Shown here: piece after piece, positions 13,243 through 26,932 of the stretch
How the letters are laid out: each line of letters begins with the position of its first letter
How positions within the stretch are numbered: the first letter of the stretch is position 1
Program-made: the position numbers and the translations under genes
DNA from: the human T2T-CHM13v2.0 reference genome, Homo sapiens
Assembly (NCBI RefSeq): GCF_009914755.1
Contig: NC_060929.1
Strand: one strand, 5' to 3'
DNA: 64,000 nt
The notes under the pieces: model-generated
Database searches by the model: none
What the model was told of the DNA's origin: nothing
What the model saw: the letters and a program-made list of their open reading frames with translations, nothing else

Positions 13243-16200
13243 CCGAAGCCGCCTTGGTGCAGGCCACCTGGTTTCCCAGCCCCTGGTGTGTGGTCAGTGC
13301 CTGGTGTTCCTGGAAAGCCACTCCCGGGCAGCTCCTGACAGTGCGACCCGGCGCCCAAGCAGCCTGGGACCTTGCGCGGACCTGACCCCTTCAGACCGCA
13401 GGCAGTCTGGGAGGAGGTCCGGCCGGGGGAGGTGCAGGATCCCCGCCGTGTCTCTTTGACGACTTGGGGACTGTCACGGTTCTCTCCCGGCGCCCCTGGG
13501 TTCTTTTGTCCTGCACGCGGTGCGAAGGGGCCAGCAGGGAAGGAGCAGAGGATGGGGGGTGGGGTTGTTGGAGCCCCGCGGAGGTCTGGGAGGCCCCTGG
13601 GCGGGAAAAGCCTGTTCTGAATCGGCAGGGATGTGCAACAATTTTTCTCACCCTGAAGAGTGAAATAGGGTCTGTCGCTCCCATCTCAACAAGCAAACCG
13701 GCACCCAGAGCGCACTGCAGACAAAGGTGGCTCGGGGACCCGAATCAGGGGCCTCTGGGTCAGTCCTCTCGCCCAGACTACAGGAGTCCTCCGTTTCCTT
13801 ACATATTCCCCACCCTCTCCTAGTTCTCCGCTCTAGTTGAGCAACTTTACTGGCAGGTCTAGCGGCAGCGGCGCGCGCGTGTGCCGGGAGCCCCGGGGGA
13901 CGTCCTCGGCTGGAGCGCCCCACCGTCCTGCAGAGGCGTGGGCGCTGTAGGGCGACATCCCTGGTGCGTGCAGACCTAGGGCATCCGGGTTGTTCTGGCC
14001 CGCGGTCTGTGTCACTGGGCGTGGAGCGGTCTGGGTGTTAGGCAGAGGAGAGCGGGGTAGAAAAATAGTGTCATAGCCTAAACTATTTGCTCTCCAATCC
14101 AACTGCGTCTCGGCAAGTCCTGCATGTCCCTGGGAGATGCTGCGGGAAGGGGGAGAAATCTACACGGCGCCTGGAGAGTTGTCCTGCCGCGCGCACACCC
14201 GCGGCAGAGTCTCTCTGGGTCGCGTTCCTCATCTTTGTGTCTCCCTCTGTCTCCATCTTCTCTGCCTCCCTTCCCCTCTCCCAGCCTCTGTTCTCTCTCT
14301 CTAGCTTCTGCGTCCCCTCCCCCACAGCTGACAAATGAATGGCTAGTGTGAAATCCCTGCCTTTCCCGTGCTCCAAGGCAGCAGGGAGGGAGGAGCGAGG
14401 GAGGCGGTGCGCTCCTTCGGATCTGCCCCCAGTTCAGCTCACAAGACTTGCAGAACCTAGATGTCTAGGAATTGGGAGTTTTGCGGCGGGTGTGGGCGCC
14501 CCCTGATGGAGAAGTCCCGCACAGGCGGAGAAAAACAAGCCCCCCAGACCAAGCGTGCATCTTTCACAACCTTGTGTTCAAGGATGGAAGGCCCTAGTTT
14601 TCCCTTAAGTCATTCATTTTGCACTCCACAATCTGCGGCGTACATCTAGGAGTTTGGAGGACCCTGAAAAAAGGTCTTGGTCTGTGCAAAGTGCAGAGAT
14701 GCCTTCTCGCGAGTCGGCTGGAACGCACGCGGCGCCCTGGGTCCAGTTCGCCGCTTAGTGGACGAACGCACATGGCCGGGGTGGAGCCAGGTTTCGGAGG
14801 TCTAGACGCGCCACCCTGGGCGTCTTTAAGAAAGATAATACACATACCGTGCTCTCAAAACCCATGACCACTTGAACCCAACGGTAGGGCCCCGCCCCAG
14901 GATATTGCAAAAGAAGGGCTCCTAATCCAAAACTTAAACTTCCTCAACTTCAGGGCGGGCGTCGGACGGGAAAGTGGAGAGAAGGCGGGCAGTGGGAGGA
15001 AAAAAGAAAGGGAAGGAAGGGAAGTGGAAGGAAAGAGGACCGTGGAGGGGAGGAAAAGGAGAAAGGAACGGAGATGGGGCAGATGGCATTCAAACAGCCA
15101 GGAACGGACCGGAAGGGTTCGTTTCGGGGTTTGGGTCTGAATTTCGAGACTCGTTTTAGGATACTCTTTTCCCTTTCCCAGCGGCAACAAATGTGACTGC
15201 AGAGGCGTGCCGGGATGGAAGGGTGGGAAAGAACTAGACAAGCGGAGGTGGTCCAGCCCCGCCCAAAGGGGCTGGGTCTGGGGCCCGCCCCCACTCGCTC
15301 ACCTCGCGCCAAGGGAGGACCCGCAACGGGCGCTCCCCGCAGCGGCTGGGTTAGCCAGCCGCCACGTGGGTTGGCGCTTCGGCTCCCAGCCGAGACGGGT
15401 GTGACTTCCTGGGCTCAGAGACTGCAGTACAGCCGCACAGGCGGCCGGCGCAGCCGAGGCCCCCACCCACCGAGGCCAATGGGGGCGGGGCGGGGAAGGC
15501 AGGGCCCAGCTTAACCGAGAGAGCCGAGTGGCCTCGCCCCCGGGATTCGGGGCCGGCTGCTTCTGGAGCTGACCCGAGTTCCATCCAGACAGCGCTGAAC
15601 ACTCTTATTAAAAGGCTATTTAAGTTTTATTTTATTTTATTTTATTTTTGCTTGCTTCTTGGGAGTGGTAGGAGGGGCATCGTGCTTTTGTTTTGAGGCA
15701 GGGGAGAGGTTAAAATTTACTCCAAGCAAACTTTTTGTCAGAAAAATGAGACTTTATACCGTATTCCATTTGTTGACTTTTTAAATACATTCAGGTCACT
15801 CTAAAGCCCATTCTTAGTCAATTAACAGATTAATTTCGTTCCAGACTGTCATAAAGAGTTCGCCTGGAATGGCAAATACTGCCATTCGACAAGACTAATA
15901 GAATTTCATGGGGGCAAACATGGAAGGGCTGCGAGTGTAACTGAGGTTCCTGTGCCTCAATGAGGAACCTTAGCGGGGACCTGGCGGGGACTGGAAGCTC
16001 AGCACCTATTTAGGGAGTGACTGAGCTGGAAACCTGGAGAAGCTTGGTGCAGACGAGACGGTGCTTCTTAGAGCTGCATTTTAAGTCCTCCCATTTTGCT
16101 GCATATTGGAAGAACTGGATTTTAAAGATCTTTTCCATCACCTCAGATTCTGTAGCTAACAGCCACGTCTTTTTCTTTTTGTCTGCTGAAAGCTGTGACC

Positions 16201-18089
16201 TAATTGTTTTAAGCACTTCTTGACAATTTCGCCAAACCCATCCTGAAAATATTCACATAAAGTCCTAAAATAGGATGTTGTGAGTGTAATATAAAAATAG
16301 GAAGGTACCAATGGAAGCAACAATTAGTGTTCTGAGATAGAAGCGGTTCCCAGTTTGTAACTTGGAAATGTTAAGAGCAGTACATCAGGGAGAAGGTCTC
16401 CAAGAGTCTGACTTCTTGTTCTGAGCTCTGAGTAAAGAAAGAAATATGTTAGAATTGTATTGTCTGCCCGCAGTAATATTGTAAAGGGTTCCAATGGATT
16501 CCAATGTGATTGAGCAATTACTTCCTCCAGCACCAAGTCCACAGTCCTTAATCTTCTTGTGAGAAGATTAGGTAGGAAGCGGGATGAGATTCAAGACAAT
16601 CATTTAGGATTTATGTCAGAATTCAAAGTTTTGATTCTTTTGGTAGATAAAAACAGAGTTGGTTTTAAATTGTATTTCCTGCTTTCAAAAAAACGAGGTT
16701 TGAAAGGAATCCCCCTAGATTTACATAGGTTTACAGATGTAAGTTTCTTCTTTTTCCCTGTGTTTGCAAACTGGAGGGAGATGCCTTTGATATTCCAGAA
16801 TACCTGTATCTATACACTTGTAAATTCTGCTAGGAAAGGACCTAAACAGCTAAACCAAAGGTGACCATGATTAATGTTAAAGATACTACCCATTGTTCTC
16901 TCTTTTGTTGTATTATTAGGCTTAAATACTTTGGAGTTAATGATTGGTCACTTAATTGAGTAACAGAGCCTTTGAGAGCGCAAAGATCAACTAACTCTGT
17001 CTCCCAAAGTCTGGCAACTAAGCCCTCCTTTCCTGGTGAGATTTAAACATTTTTGTTGACGTCATTCATGGACAAACATCGGTAAACACTGTATTTAAAA
17101 TGGGATATTGCCCTGTGATGGAGCAGAACTTCTCAAGACACATGGTTCTTTTGAAAGAAAGAATTAATGACTGTAGTAAGGTATTTTTTCACCACCCACG
17201 TAGAGAAACCAGTTAGGACTGACAAACACTCATTGTTGGGAGTTACTTGCTCTGGTCTGAGAAAATATGCTGATTGTTACATAGGTCTGTATTTTACCAG
17301 AAAACACAAAGCATGTACTCTCCCTGATTTGGAATCAGAAAAGGGGGATTAGATATGGATGTCTTGGCCAAGCTCCATTTCAATTAGTGAATTTTTGCCA
17401 GTTTCCTCTTGTAGCCTAGACTTGGTAAATTACATATATATAAAGTCTGTGTGTGTGTGTGGGGTGCGTGTGTGTGTGTATGTATACAGGGTTTTTAAAC
17501 ACTGCTAAGTTCTTACCATTGAATGTGTTAGAGGTGGTTGTATTTCAGAGGTCAGTACAAAGAATCTTTGTTTAATGTGTCAGTTCTGTTTCCTGAAACA
17601 CACCTCTGGGTAGATTTACCAACTATAAAAGGATACAAATGTATATACTTTCCACATCTGTATACATCCTACCTCATTCTTCTAAGGATTTTAAGAGGTG
17701 TTTATGTCTATAAAATGAGATTACATATTTTACAATAAACATATTTGATAAATTATAATCTTTTTATTATTAAATTATTGATTTGATATTACTTGAGGTA
17801 TAGTGGAATGAGCACTAGACTTGGAATCAGAAAGTTTGAGTTGGACTCACTAGCTGAGAAAACCAAGCAAAGATATTACTTTTGGACCTTTAGTGTCATA
17901 ATCTATTAAATGAATATGCAGTTATAAAGATCAAAAGAGTAAGTACTTTGAAAAACTATACAAAAAAGGGATGATAATATATTATGTCTTGGGATTCATA
18001 TTGATCTAATTCTATAATTTTAATAATAACTGCATTACCCAAGCCATGTAGTTTCTACTGAATCTATAAAATAAATCAGAGAGGGGCAT

Positions 18090-19500
<1,411 letters not shown>

Positions 19501-19519
19501 ATTATGTAAAATGGGTGTA

Positions 19520-19770
19520 TATTCATTCTTTTAACAAATATTTACTGAGTGTTCTAGGCATTGTGGATACAGGAGTGAACAAAACATCAAAGACTGCTCT
19601 GTTGGAACTTTTACTATGGTAGGTAGAGAAAGGCAATTCCCAATCACATATGCAAAATGGTGATATGTGCTAGGATGAAAATAGAGCATGGGAAAGGGAA
19701 TAGAGTACAGTATGTCTTAGGTAGAGTAATGAGAAAGGAGTTCACCAGGCAGAGAACAGAGGAGTGCTAA
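19520..19770 (-). mobile_element. L2 3' end remnant
   Basis: TTCATTC...AACAAATATTTACTGAGTG...GGATACAGGAGTGAACAAAAC, typical L2 terminus. Confidence 0.55.
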
Positions 19771-21719
19771 GGGGCGACAATGTGAAAAAGCTTAGCCAAG
19801 TCCAGGTTCAGGAATTCACATGATGCTATTACTTGTATGAAGTAAATTCATGAAATTTCGCACCTAAATCACGTGATTTCTCTCTGCTGTACAATGATTC
19901 TTTCTGTGAGAAAGAACCAGTGAGCAATATGATATGTGATGCTCATTACATCCACTTTGTAGCTGAAGTATCCTAGAAAGTTGGTTGTCTAGGGTACCTA
20001 ATTAGCAGAATGGTGGACAAAACCACCGTGTCTCTGTCCTTAAGTCACCCCTTGTCAGCTGAGCTTCCCCAAAATCAAGGGAGAATACTAAATATCTATT
20101 TAATAGAATCTTGGCTTTCTCTCGGAGGCTGCCCATCCCTGGTGTGTCCCTTATCCTCCCTGCAGACATTTCTCATGGATAGGAGTTCCATTGACCTTGT
20201 CTTTTATGTCTCCCAGGCAATTAAACAGTCTCAGTACCCTGTACCTGGATTGTTCAATGACTTTCTTCCCTTCTCATTGACTTCACTGGAGTAGAAGGCT
20301 AAATATAGGCATTCACTCTCATATCTCTCAGGTCTTTCCATGCAGACAGAGTTGTTATCACTAGTAGACGGTGCTTATAAGAGAGACATGGAAAAGTGGA
20401 AGAATGGAAATAGGGATTTGGAGTGGTGCTAAAAACAAAGAAAGAGGCTTCTGAAAGCTTTCCATTTAATATGATCAAACATAGAAGACAAAAGATGTAA
20501 CTTAATGACCAAGGATAGGGACATAGCCTTGAGAAAATTACAGAAGTGGAATGAACGTCTTGGACTCCAAAGAAGAGGGAATGGAAATGCAGTTCTGAGG
20601 CAGCTAAAGTCAATAAAGCCCTCTGATATATTTACTGTAGAAATAAATGATCATCTTTTAATTCAAGGTTTGCAAACTTAGGTGACTACAGGGGCGAGGC
20701 ATGGAGTGGAAATGGGTAAGAGACTAAGTGGGGGCAGTAATGGCCTTGAGCACACAGACTTAAGGGGAGAGACTGCTGCTTGGTTAATGCTCATGATCAG
20801 CCAGCTGAAATATAGACTTAGTGTTGCTAGACCTTCTGATTTTTTGAAAGAAGTTAGAGATTTTATATTTAGTGTAAACAGTCTAATTTTTAAATTGAGT
20901 AACTTATTCAAACATATTTATGCAACTTATTCAAATGTATTTAGAGCATGTCTGATCTCCTCCTTGTATTCTTACCTAGTCTTAGGGGTAATCTTAAGGA
21001 AAGTGATGCGTATACTTGTTGTACCTATGTAGATGGAGGACCATTCTCCTCTCCCCAACAAAAGACACTTTTATAAGGATTGAGTGTGGCACAAAGAGTT
21101 CGATTTTTAGTATTTAAATTGAGTAGGAAACTCAAATACAGAAGATCCTTTCCTGGGTCACACCTTTGGTTTTTTTAAATGAGATTTGACTCTCTAGATA
21201 TTGACAAACATCATATTATTGGGTCATGGTAAATCTTCAAGTGGACTGATTCAAAAGTGTTCAAAAGTATTTCAGGTGTTAAGGAATTGTTGGCACGGAG
21301 TTTCAAAGGTGTTTCTGCATAAGAAATAGAGGCGTTGATCATGTATTTGATCTACAAACATTCCTCAAGGATATACCCTGAACCTGGCAATGAAGAAATA
21401 TTGTGGGAATTATTAAGTTGAATAAAGTACTAGCTCTGCCTTCCAGAAGCCTACTGTTCTACAGAGGAGATTAGACATGTTTACAGATAATTTGAAGTAC
21501 ATAGCAATAAATTATAGGATGATTTATTCCAAGCATAAAGTGTATATTGCTACTATAGTGGTAACCTAGGTTATAATTTTCAAATGTAAGAGCCCCAAAT
21601 ACTATTCTTTTTACTCTTAGTGATATGAAACTATGTTAGAACATCTGCAGAAAGTCTGAATTAGTAATTTTAATAATAAATATTGAGTACTGATATATTG
21701 TATATCACTGAGATTTATT

Positions 21720-21890
21720 TTATATACATTATTTTATCAATTCCTATGATCACTTCGGTAAGTACTAATTTTCACAACTAAGTAGTGACAGAAAATGAGG
21801 TTTAGAGAGATATAGTATTTTACCCAAAGTCACAGAATATAAGTAGAGAATGCAGAACTTGCATTCTGGGCTATTTGACAGTGGAGCCCA
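21720..21890 (-). mobile_element. MIR remnant
   Basis: GAAAATGAGGTTTAGAGAGA...TTTACCCAAAGTCACAG MIR core. Confidence 0.5.
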
Positions 21891-22019
21891 GACTTTTAAA
21901 ATTAGGCTTATAAAGATTTCCTGGAAAAAAAGAAAAATAAAAAATAGAGAACAAATTTTCCTGAAGAAAAGTAGGAAATTATTATTTATAAGTATAATTA
22001 AAGAGAGATCTTTAATTTC

Positions 22020-22110
22020 TTTTTTTTTTTTTTTTTTGAGACGGAGTCTCGCTCTGTCGCCCAGGCGCAATCTCAGCTCACTGCAACCTCCACCTCCCGG
22101 GTTCATGCCA
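22020..22110 (-). mobile_element. 5'-truncated Alu right-arm fragment with small internal deletion
   Basis: T-run + GAGACGGAGTCTCGCTCTGTCGCCCAGGC|GCAATCTCAGC; the TGGAGTGCAGTGG segment is missing between GGC microhomologies. Confidence 0.9.
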
Positions 22111-22774
22111 TAAAGAAAGGTTTCTTATTTGGATTCAGCTAATACTCATGGAATGCATTTTCTTTAACACCTTTTTATCATAAAATACAATCTTTTACTT
22201 TGGCTGTGCAATTGATACCTTTATTTTTCCTTAAAATATTGTAATAGCATAGATATATGGTATATACTTCCTGCTTGCTGTGCTGTCTTATAAGAAATCC
22301 AGAAACATAGAAACATTATGGCATTTCCCAGTTAGTGTTTAACAAAGTCTATTAGCAGATCCTAGTGATTATAGGATAAATAACAAACTTAATTATCAGG
22401 GTTAATTTAGGATTATCAACCATATGTTTTTCATTGTGAATTATCAGTTGGTCTATAGATGGAAAATATAAGATATATAATGTATTAGCTTAAAAAATGC
22501 TCTTCAGAGAGTGTCTAGAATTATAGAATTTAAAAATTTTGTTTTGAAAAGGTCTAATTCTTATTTCAAAATATATAAAGAAATCAAATGCAAAAAAATT
22601 AAGAGAAAAGGTCTTAATTAATTAAATGCTGTACAACTCCAAGCCCTATTTATGTTCAAGATCAGTTTTGTAATTTATGACTAATTTCAGCATTAGCTTG
22701 TTTTCAATCTAGGTTTGCTAAATAATATAGAATTTCTTTTCCAATGAAGTTTTTCAGGGTCCCAGCTGAAAAAT

Positions 22775-23300
22775 ATATACCAGTTAGGATGCTTTCAACT
22801 GTAAGGAACAAAAAGTCACGATTTTATTGGGTTTAAACAATAATGACATTTATAATCTCATATAAAATGAAGTTCAAAGGCATGGTCCACTCTAGGTCTA
22901 ATCCTTAAGGACTTACGCCTTGCCTTTGCTGATTCTTTCTCAGCTTCATTTCCAGAGGTATCTCACTTACTCATGGATGCAAAATCCCTACAACAGTTCC
23001 AGCAGAAAGATTCCAGCATGATAATGTCCAGGGAAGAAAACTGACCACCTCTTCCTTTGTTCTCTTCTCAGGATGAATCTATCTTTCCCAGGGACCCTTC
23101 ACTGGAGGAAGAGATCCCCTCACATCTCACTGGCCAAAACTATATTATATACTGTTCCAAATCCAATCATTGGAAAAGGGAATGGTACCTCTATAATTGA
23201 CTTAGGATATCAGGATCATCCCTTGGGCTGGGGTTTGACCCAGGATTCTCCAAAGTATGTGACTGAGGGTAGGCACTAGAATGGAACCAGAGTTGTGTTA
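22775..23300. mobile_element. MLT1-type MaLR LTR remnant
   Basis: CAGTTAGGATGCTTTCAACTGTAAGGAACAAAAA...GGTTTAAACAATAA resembles MLT1 termini. Confidence 0.5.
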
Positions 23301-24293
23301 GAAAGGAGAAACGCATGGCTATTATAGAATAGTTCTAAATGCTACCGAGGAGGGCACAACTGTAAAAACCAAATAATCTTTTGCCATTCTTTTGAAGTTG
23401 GCACTTTGATTTCTAGATGGTTCCCCAACACAGGTTCTTCTCCTCCTCATCATTATAGCTGCCTTGAAATTTGAGCTGGAAGGGAACATTCTGAGACCCA
23501 GATTGTTAAATGTCTTTTCCAAAGTCATGCAATAAATTAAATGGCAAAGCCAGGGCAGTTTCTTGACTCAGTACAGGGTATTTTCTTTCATTCTTTACTC
23601 TTGAGACTTTAGAACTGTTGGTACTGCTTTAAAATTCATGGCAAGAACTGGTCACTTTTGTAATTAACACCTCCTTATAATACATTTGTTTTGTTTGCTT
23701 AGCCAGCTAGAAACTACATGGAGTCTGTGCTTTAAAAAGCCTGCCGAAGTCCTTATTCTCTGTTTTGGTATTATGTGCATGAACCACCAATTGGTTCCTT
23801 CTCACCTTACACTTGATGAAGATGCCTTTCTTTCAACATCTTTCTCTATTGCTCCCCATCTTCTCTTGCTCTATTTATGATCAGCTGTCTGTTTCTAAAT
23901 AGACTTTGTGGTCACCCATTTCTTTTTGTGCCAGCTCCTATCCACTAGTTACTTGAACTGTGGTCTCTATTGTTCTTCATACAGCCTACTCACTTGTGGT
24001 TGTCACACACATCCACATTGTTATATGTTCCCAAACTGTATTCTGGAATGATTTTGGTAATGGCTGCATTGGATGAGATTCAAACTAATAATTAAAGCAT
24101 TGAGATAGCTTCTGCTATTACAAGTTTACTCCTGTTTTTATAGTCCAAGAGGAGCTACTTCTTCTACTCTTATTACTTAATGCTTAATACTACCCTTATT
24201 ACATACAATGCACAAAAAGCATGTGATTTATGACCCACTTTAAACCTGAATGCTTGTGATTTACTTTGTGTTTTTCTTCATTTCTAGGCCAAG

Positions 24294-24363
24294 ATGTTCA
24301 TAAATATAAAGAGCATCTTATGGATGTGTTCAACCTTAATAGTAACCCATGCGCTACATAAAG
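24294..24363 (+). CDS. VCAN: VCAN exon 2 coding part (signal peptide); exon starts at 24288
   Basis: TTTCTAG|GCCAAGATG; MFINIKSILWMCSTLIVTHALHK; AAG|GTGAGT donor; 70 coding nt. Confidence 0.97.
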
Positions 24364-25064
24364 GTGAGTGTGCTAACAATTTCTTTGGTGTTAATTGAAA
24401 TAAAAATGTAAGTGCTGGAGGATGAAATGGCAATGTGGAATCACTGGAATAAAAGATTGATTTTTAAAATCTATTAAGTGCTGAAAACTATCAGTTAAAA
24501 TATTATTGGACCAAAAACATTAGTTTTAAATAAATAAGTCAAAACAAAATAATAAGTAGGATGCTAAAGATGCAAGTGAGCTTTTAGTAACTTCCCTGAT
24601 TACTTTCAGGCTTTGCAAAAAAGCTCATATATGGTATTGGGCATATTTTAAAATTCTAACACTATTTCTCAAAAACTTTCCTATGCAAAAAAAGAAACAC
24701 TATTAAACACCCAGTGGGCTAGAATTTGAAAAGAATTGAGAAGATAAAGAGAAAGCTGACAGCCATGTTTTTGCCCTTAGTTCCTTTTCTTTTCTTTTTT
24801 AAAAAAGCAGTTGGATATGCATATGCCCTAGTTTTTTAATTTGAAATTTTATATTCTTCCAATGAGGGCTCTATAATTCCAAATTTATTATTTAATATAT
24901 TCAAGGAATTTGAAGAAAGATGCTATCCAAGAGTTTCACTCATCTGCTTCTGTCTGTCTAGTGTACCTCTCCAGACTCAGATTCCATTTCTTCCTCACAC
25001 TTATATTATGCATCAGACTCACCTTTTATGATTTTCCAGATGAATTCCTTTTGCTAAAGTTTAA

Positions 25065-25340
25065 GTCATCCATCTATTCATTACCCCTCCATCCATCCAT
25101 CATCTATCTATTCATCCATCCATACCTCCAGCCATCCATTCATCTGTCCAAAATCTTTCCATCTGTTTGCTTATCAACATCTATCCGTGTATTCATCCAT
25201 CCATCCATCCTTCCATCTGTCCAAAATCTTTCCATCTGTTTGCTTATCAACATCTATCCATGTATTCATCCATCCATCCATCCTTCCATCCATCCATCCA
25301 TCCATCCATCCATCCATCCATCCATTCATCCATCCATTTT
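25065..25340. repeat. (TCCA)n microsatellite with an embedded 73-bp tandem duplication
   Basis: Directly visible; duplicated units at 25141-25213 and 25214-25286. Confidence 0.95.
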
Positions 25341-25344
25341 TCCC

Positions 25345-26530
25345 ACTCACCCATTCATCTGTTCACCCATTGATGATATTTTTTGAATACCTTCTTTGTG
25401 CCAGATATTATTCTGGGTGTCTGGGAATATACCCATGGATGACTCATAACTGGCCTATCGTTCTTTAAACTTACTTCTCTAGTTATGGGAGACCAGCAAT
25501 AAACAAGTAAACAAACAATCCAGGTACTTTCAAATTGATGAACATAAAACAGAGTGACATCATAGAGAGTGGCTTGAGTTGGGGGAAGTTGATAAGACCT
25601 CCTTGAGAAAGTGAAATTTAAAGTGAGATGAGAATGATAATGAGGAACCAGCCAGCCAAGACCTGTCTGTAAGTTAGGAAGAAACATCGTGTGTTTGAAT
25701 AGCAGAAAGGTCACTATAGTTGGAGAGCAGTGATCAAGGGGAAAGTAGGAGACATGAACAGAGAGATTAGCAGAAACCAGCTCATCTAAATAATAATAAC
25801 ACCCAAAACTTGAATAGAACTCCCTATGATCCAGGAACTGTTTTAAGTGCTTAACACTAACTCACTGAAACATCCATTACCCCTGTATTCTATTGAGGAA
25901 ACTGTGGTACCAAGAGAGGCTAAGCAGCTTGCTCGAACGCCCATACCCAGTAAGAAGCAAAGCTTGGAGATGAACCAATTCATAGGAGTGTGTGCTCTTT
26001 ACCACCATGTTATACTTCTTATCTACATGGAACACTGTAGGCTTTAAAAAGTCTAGAATTTTTACTCAGGAGGCTGAGACAGGAGAATTGTTTGAACCCG
26101 GGAGGTGGAGGTTGTGGTGAGCCGGGATTGCATCATTGCACTCTAGCCTGGGCAACAAGAGCTAAACTCCATGTCAAAAAAAAAAAAAAAAAGTCTAGAT
26201 TTTATTCCAAGTGCAGTAGGAAGTATTGAAGGGTTTCAGCAAAGAAAGATATGAGTTGATGAATGTTTTGAAAATTCAGTTTTTGATAATCTATGCAGAT
26301 TTGATTGTAGGAAAGCAAGGGTAGCAGCAGAGATATCATTTAGGAGGTTATTGTAGTAGCCTGTGCATGAAATGGGGTGGGGAGTAGTTTAGATCAGGTA
26401 GCAGTGGAGATGAAGAGAAGTGAATTGGATATGTGGAGATGGAGGAGTCAGTCCATCCACTGATGGATTGGATGGGGTGTGTAGTGAGGACATGAGAGGA
26501 GTCAAGAATAAATTGACTCCTGGGATGGCT
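25345..26530 (-). mobile_element. L2 remnant interrupted by a MIR (~25790-26020) and an Alu fragment
   Basis: TGAATACCTTCTTTGTGCCAG, ATAAACAAGTAAACAA, ATTTTATTCCAAGTGCAGTAGGAAG and GGAGTCAAGAATAA motifs; MIR core GAGGAAACTGTGG...GCTAAGCAGCTTGCTC. Confidence 0.55.
26063..26192 (+). mobile_element. 5'-truncated Alu (right arm) with TSD
   Basis: TACTCAGGAGGCTGAG...poly-A, flanked by AAAAAGTCTAGA(A)TTTT duplication. Confidence 0.93.
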
Positions 26531-26575
26531 CTCTTTCCCCTTTTCACCTCCAGATTCCCCTTTCTAACCAATTTA

Positions 26576-26932
<357 letters not shown>

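Larger units (their letters stand above)
12140..15600. promoter_or_regulatory. CpG-island region over VCAN promoter, exon 1 and 5' intron 1
   Basis: High GC and CpG density compared with AT-rich flanks. GC box ~12146, inverted CCAAT (ATTGG) at 12256-12260, AP-1/CRE-like TGAGTCT at 12461 and TGACGGTA at 12480. Confidence 0.85.

Noticed and set aside
14111-14130. Second p53-like site CGGCAAGTCCTGCATGTCCC
   Set aside because: CWWG cores are 9 bp apart instead of 10, so the half-sites overlap, with extra mismatches.
12035-15602. Many overlapping 60-170 aa ORFs on both strands
   Set aside because: Expected from stop-codon scarcity in GC-rich CpG-island DNA; no recognisable domains.
24910-25468. 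ORFs with IHPS/SIHP repeats (up to 158 aa)
   Set aside because: Translation of the (TCCA)n microsatellite; no splice or coding signature.
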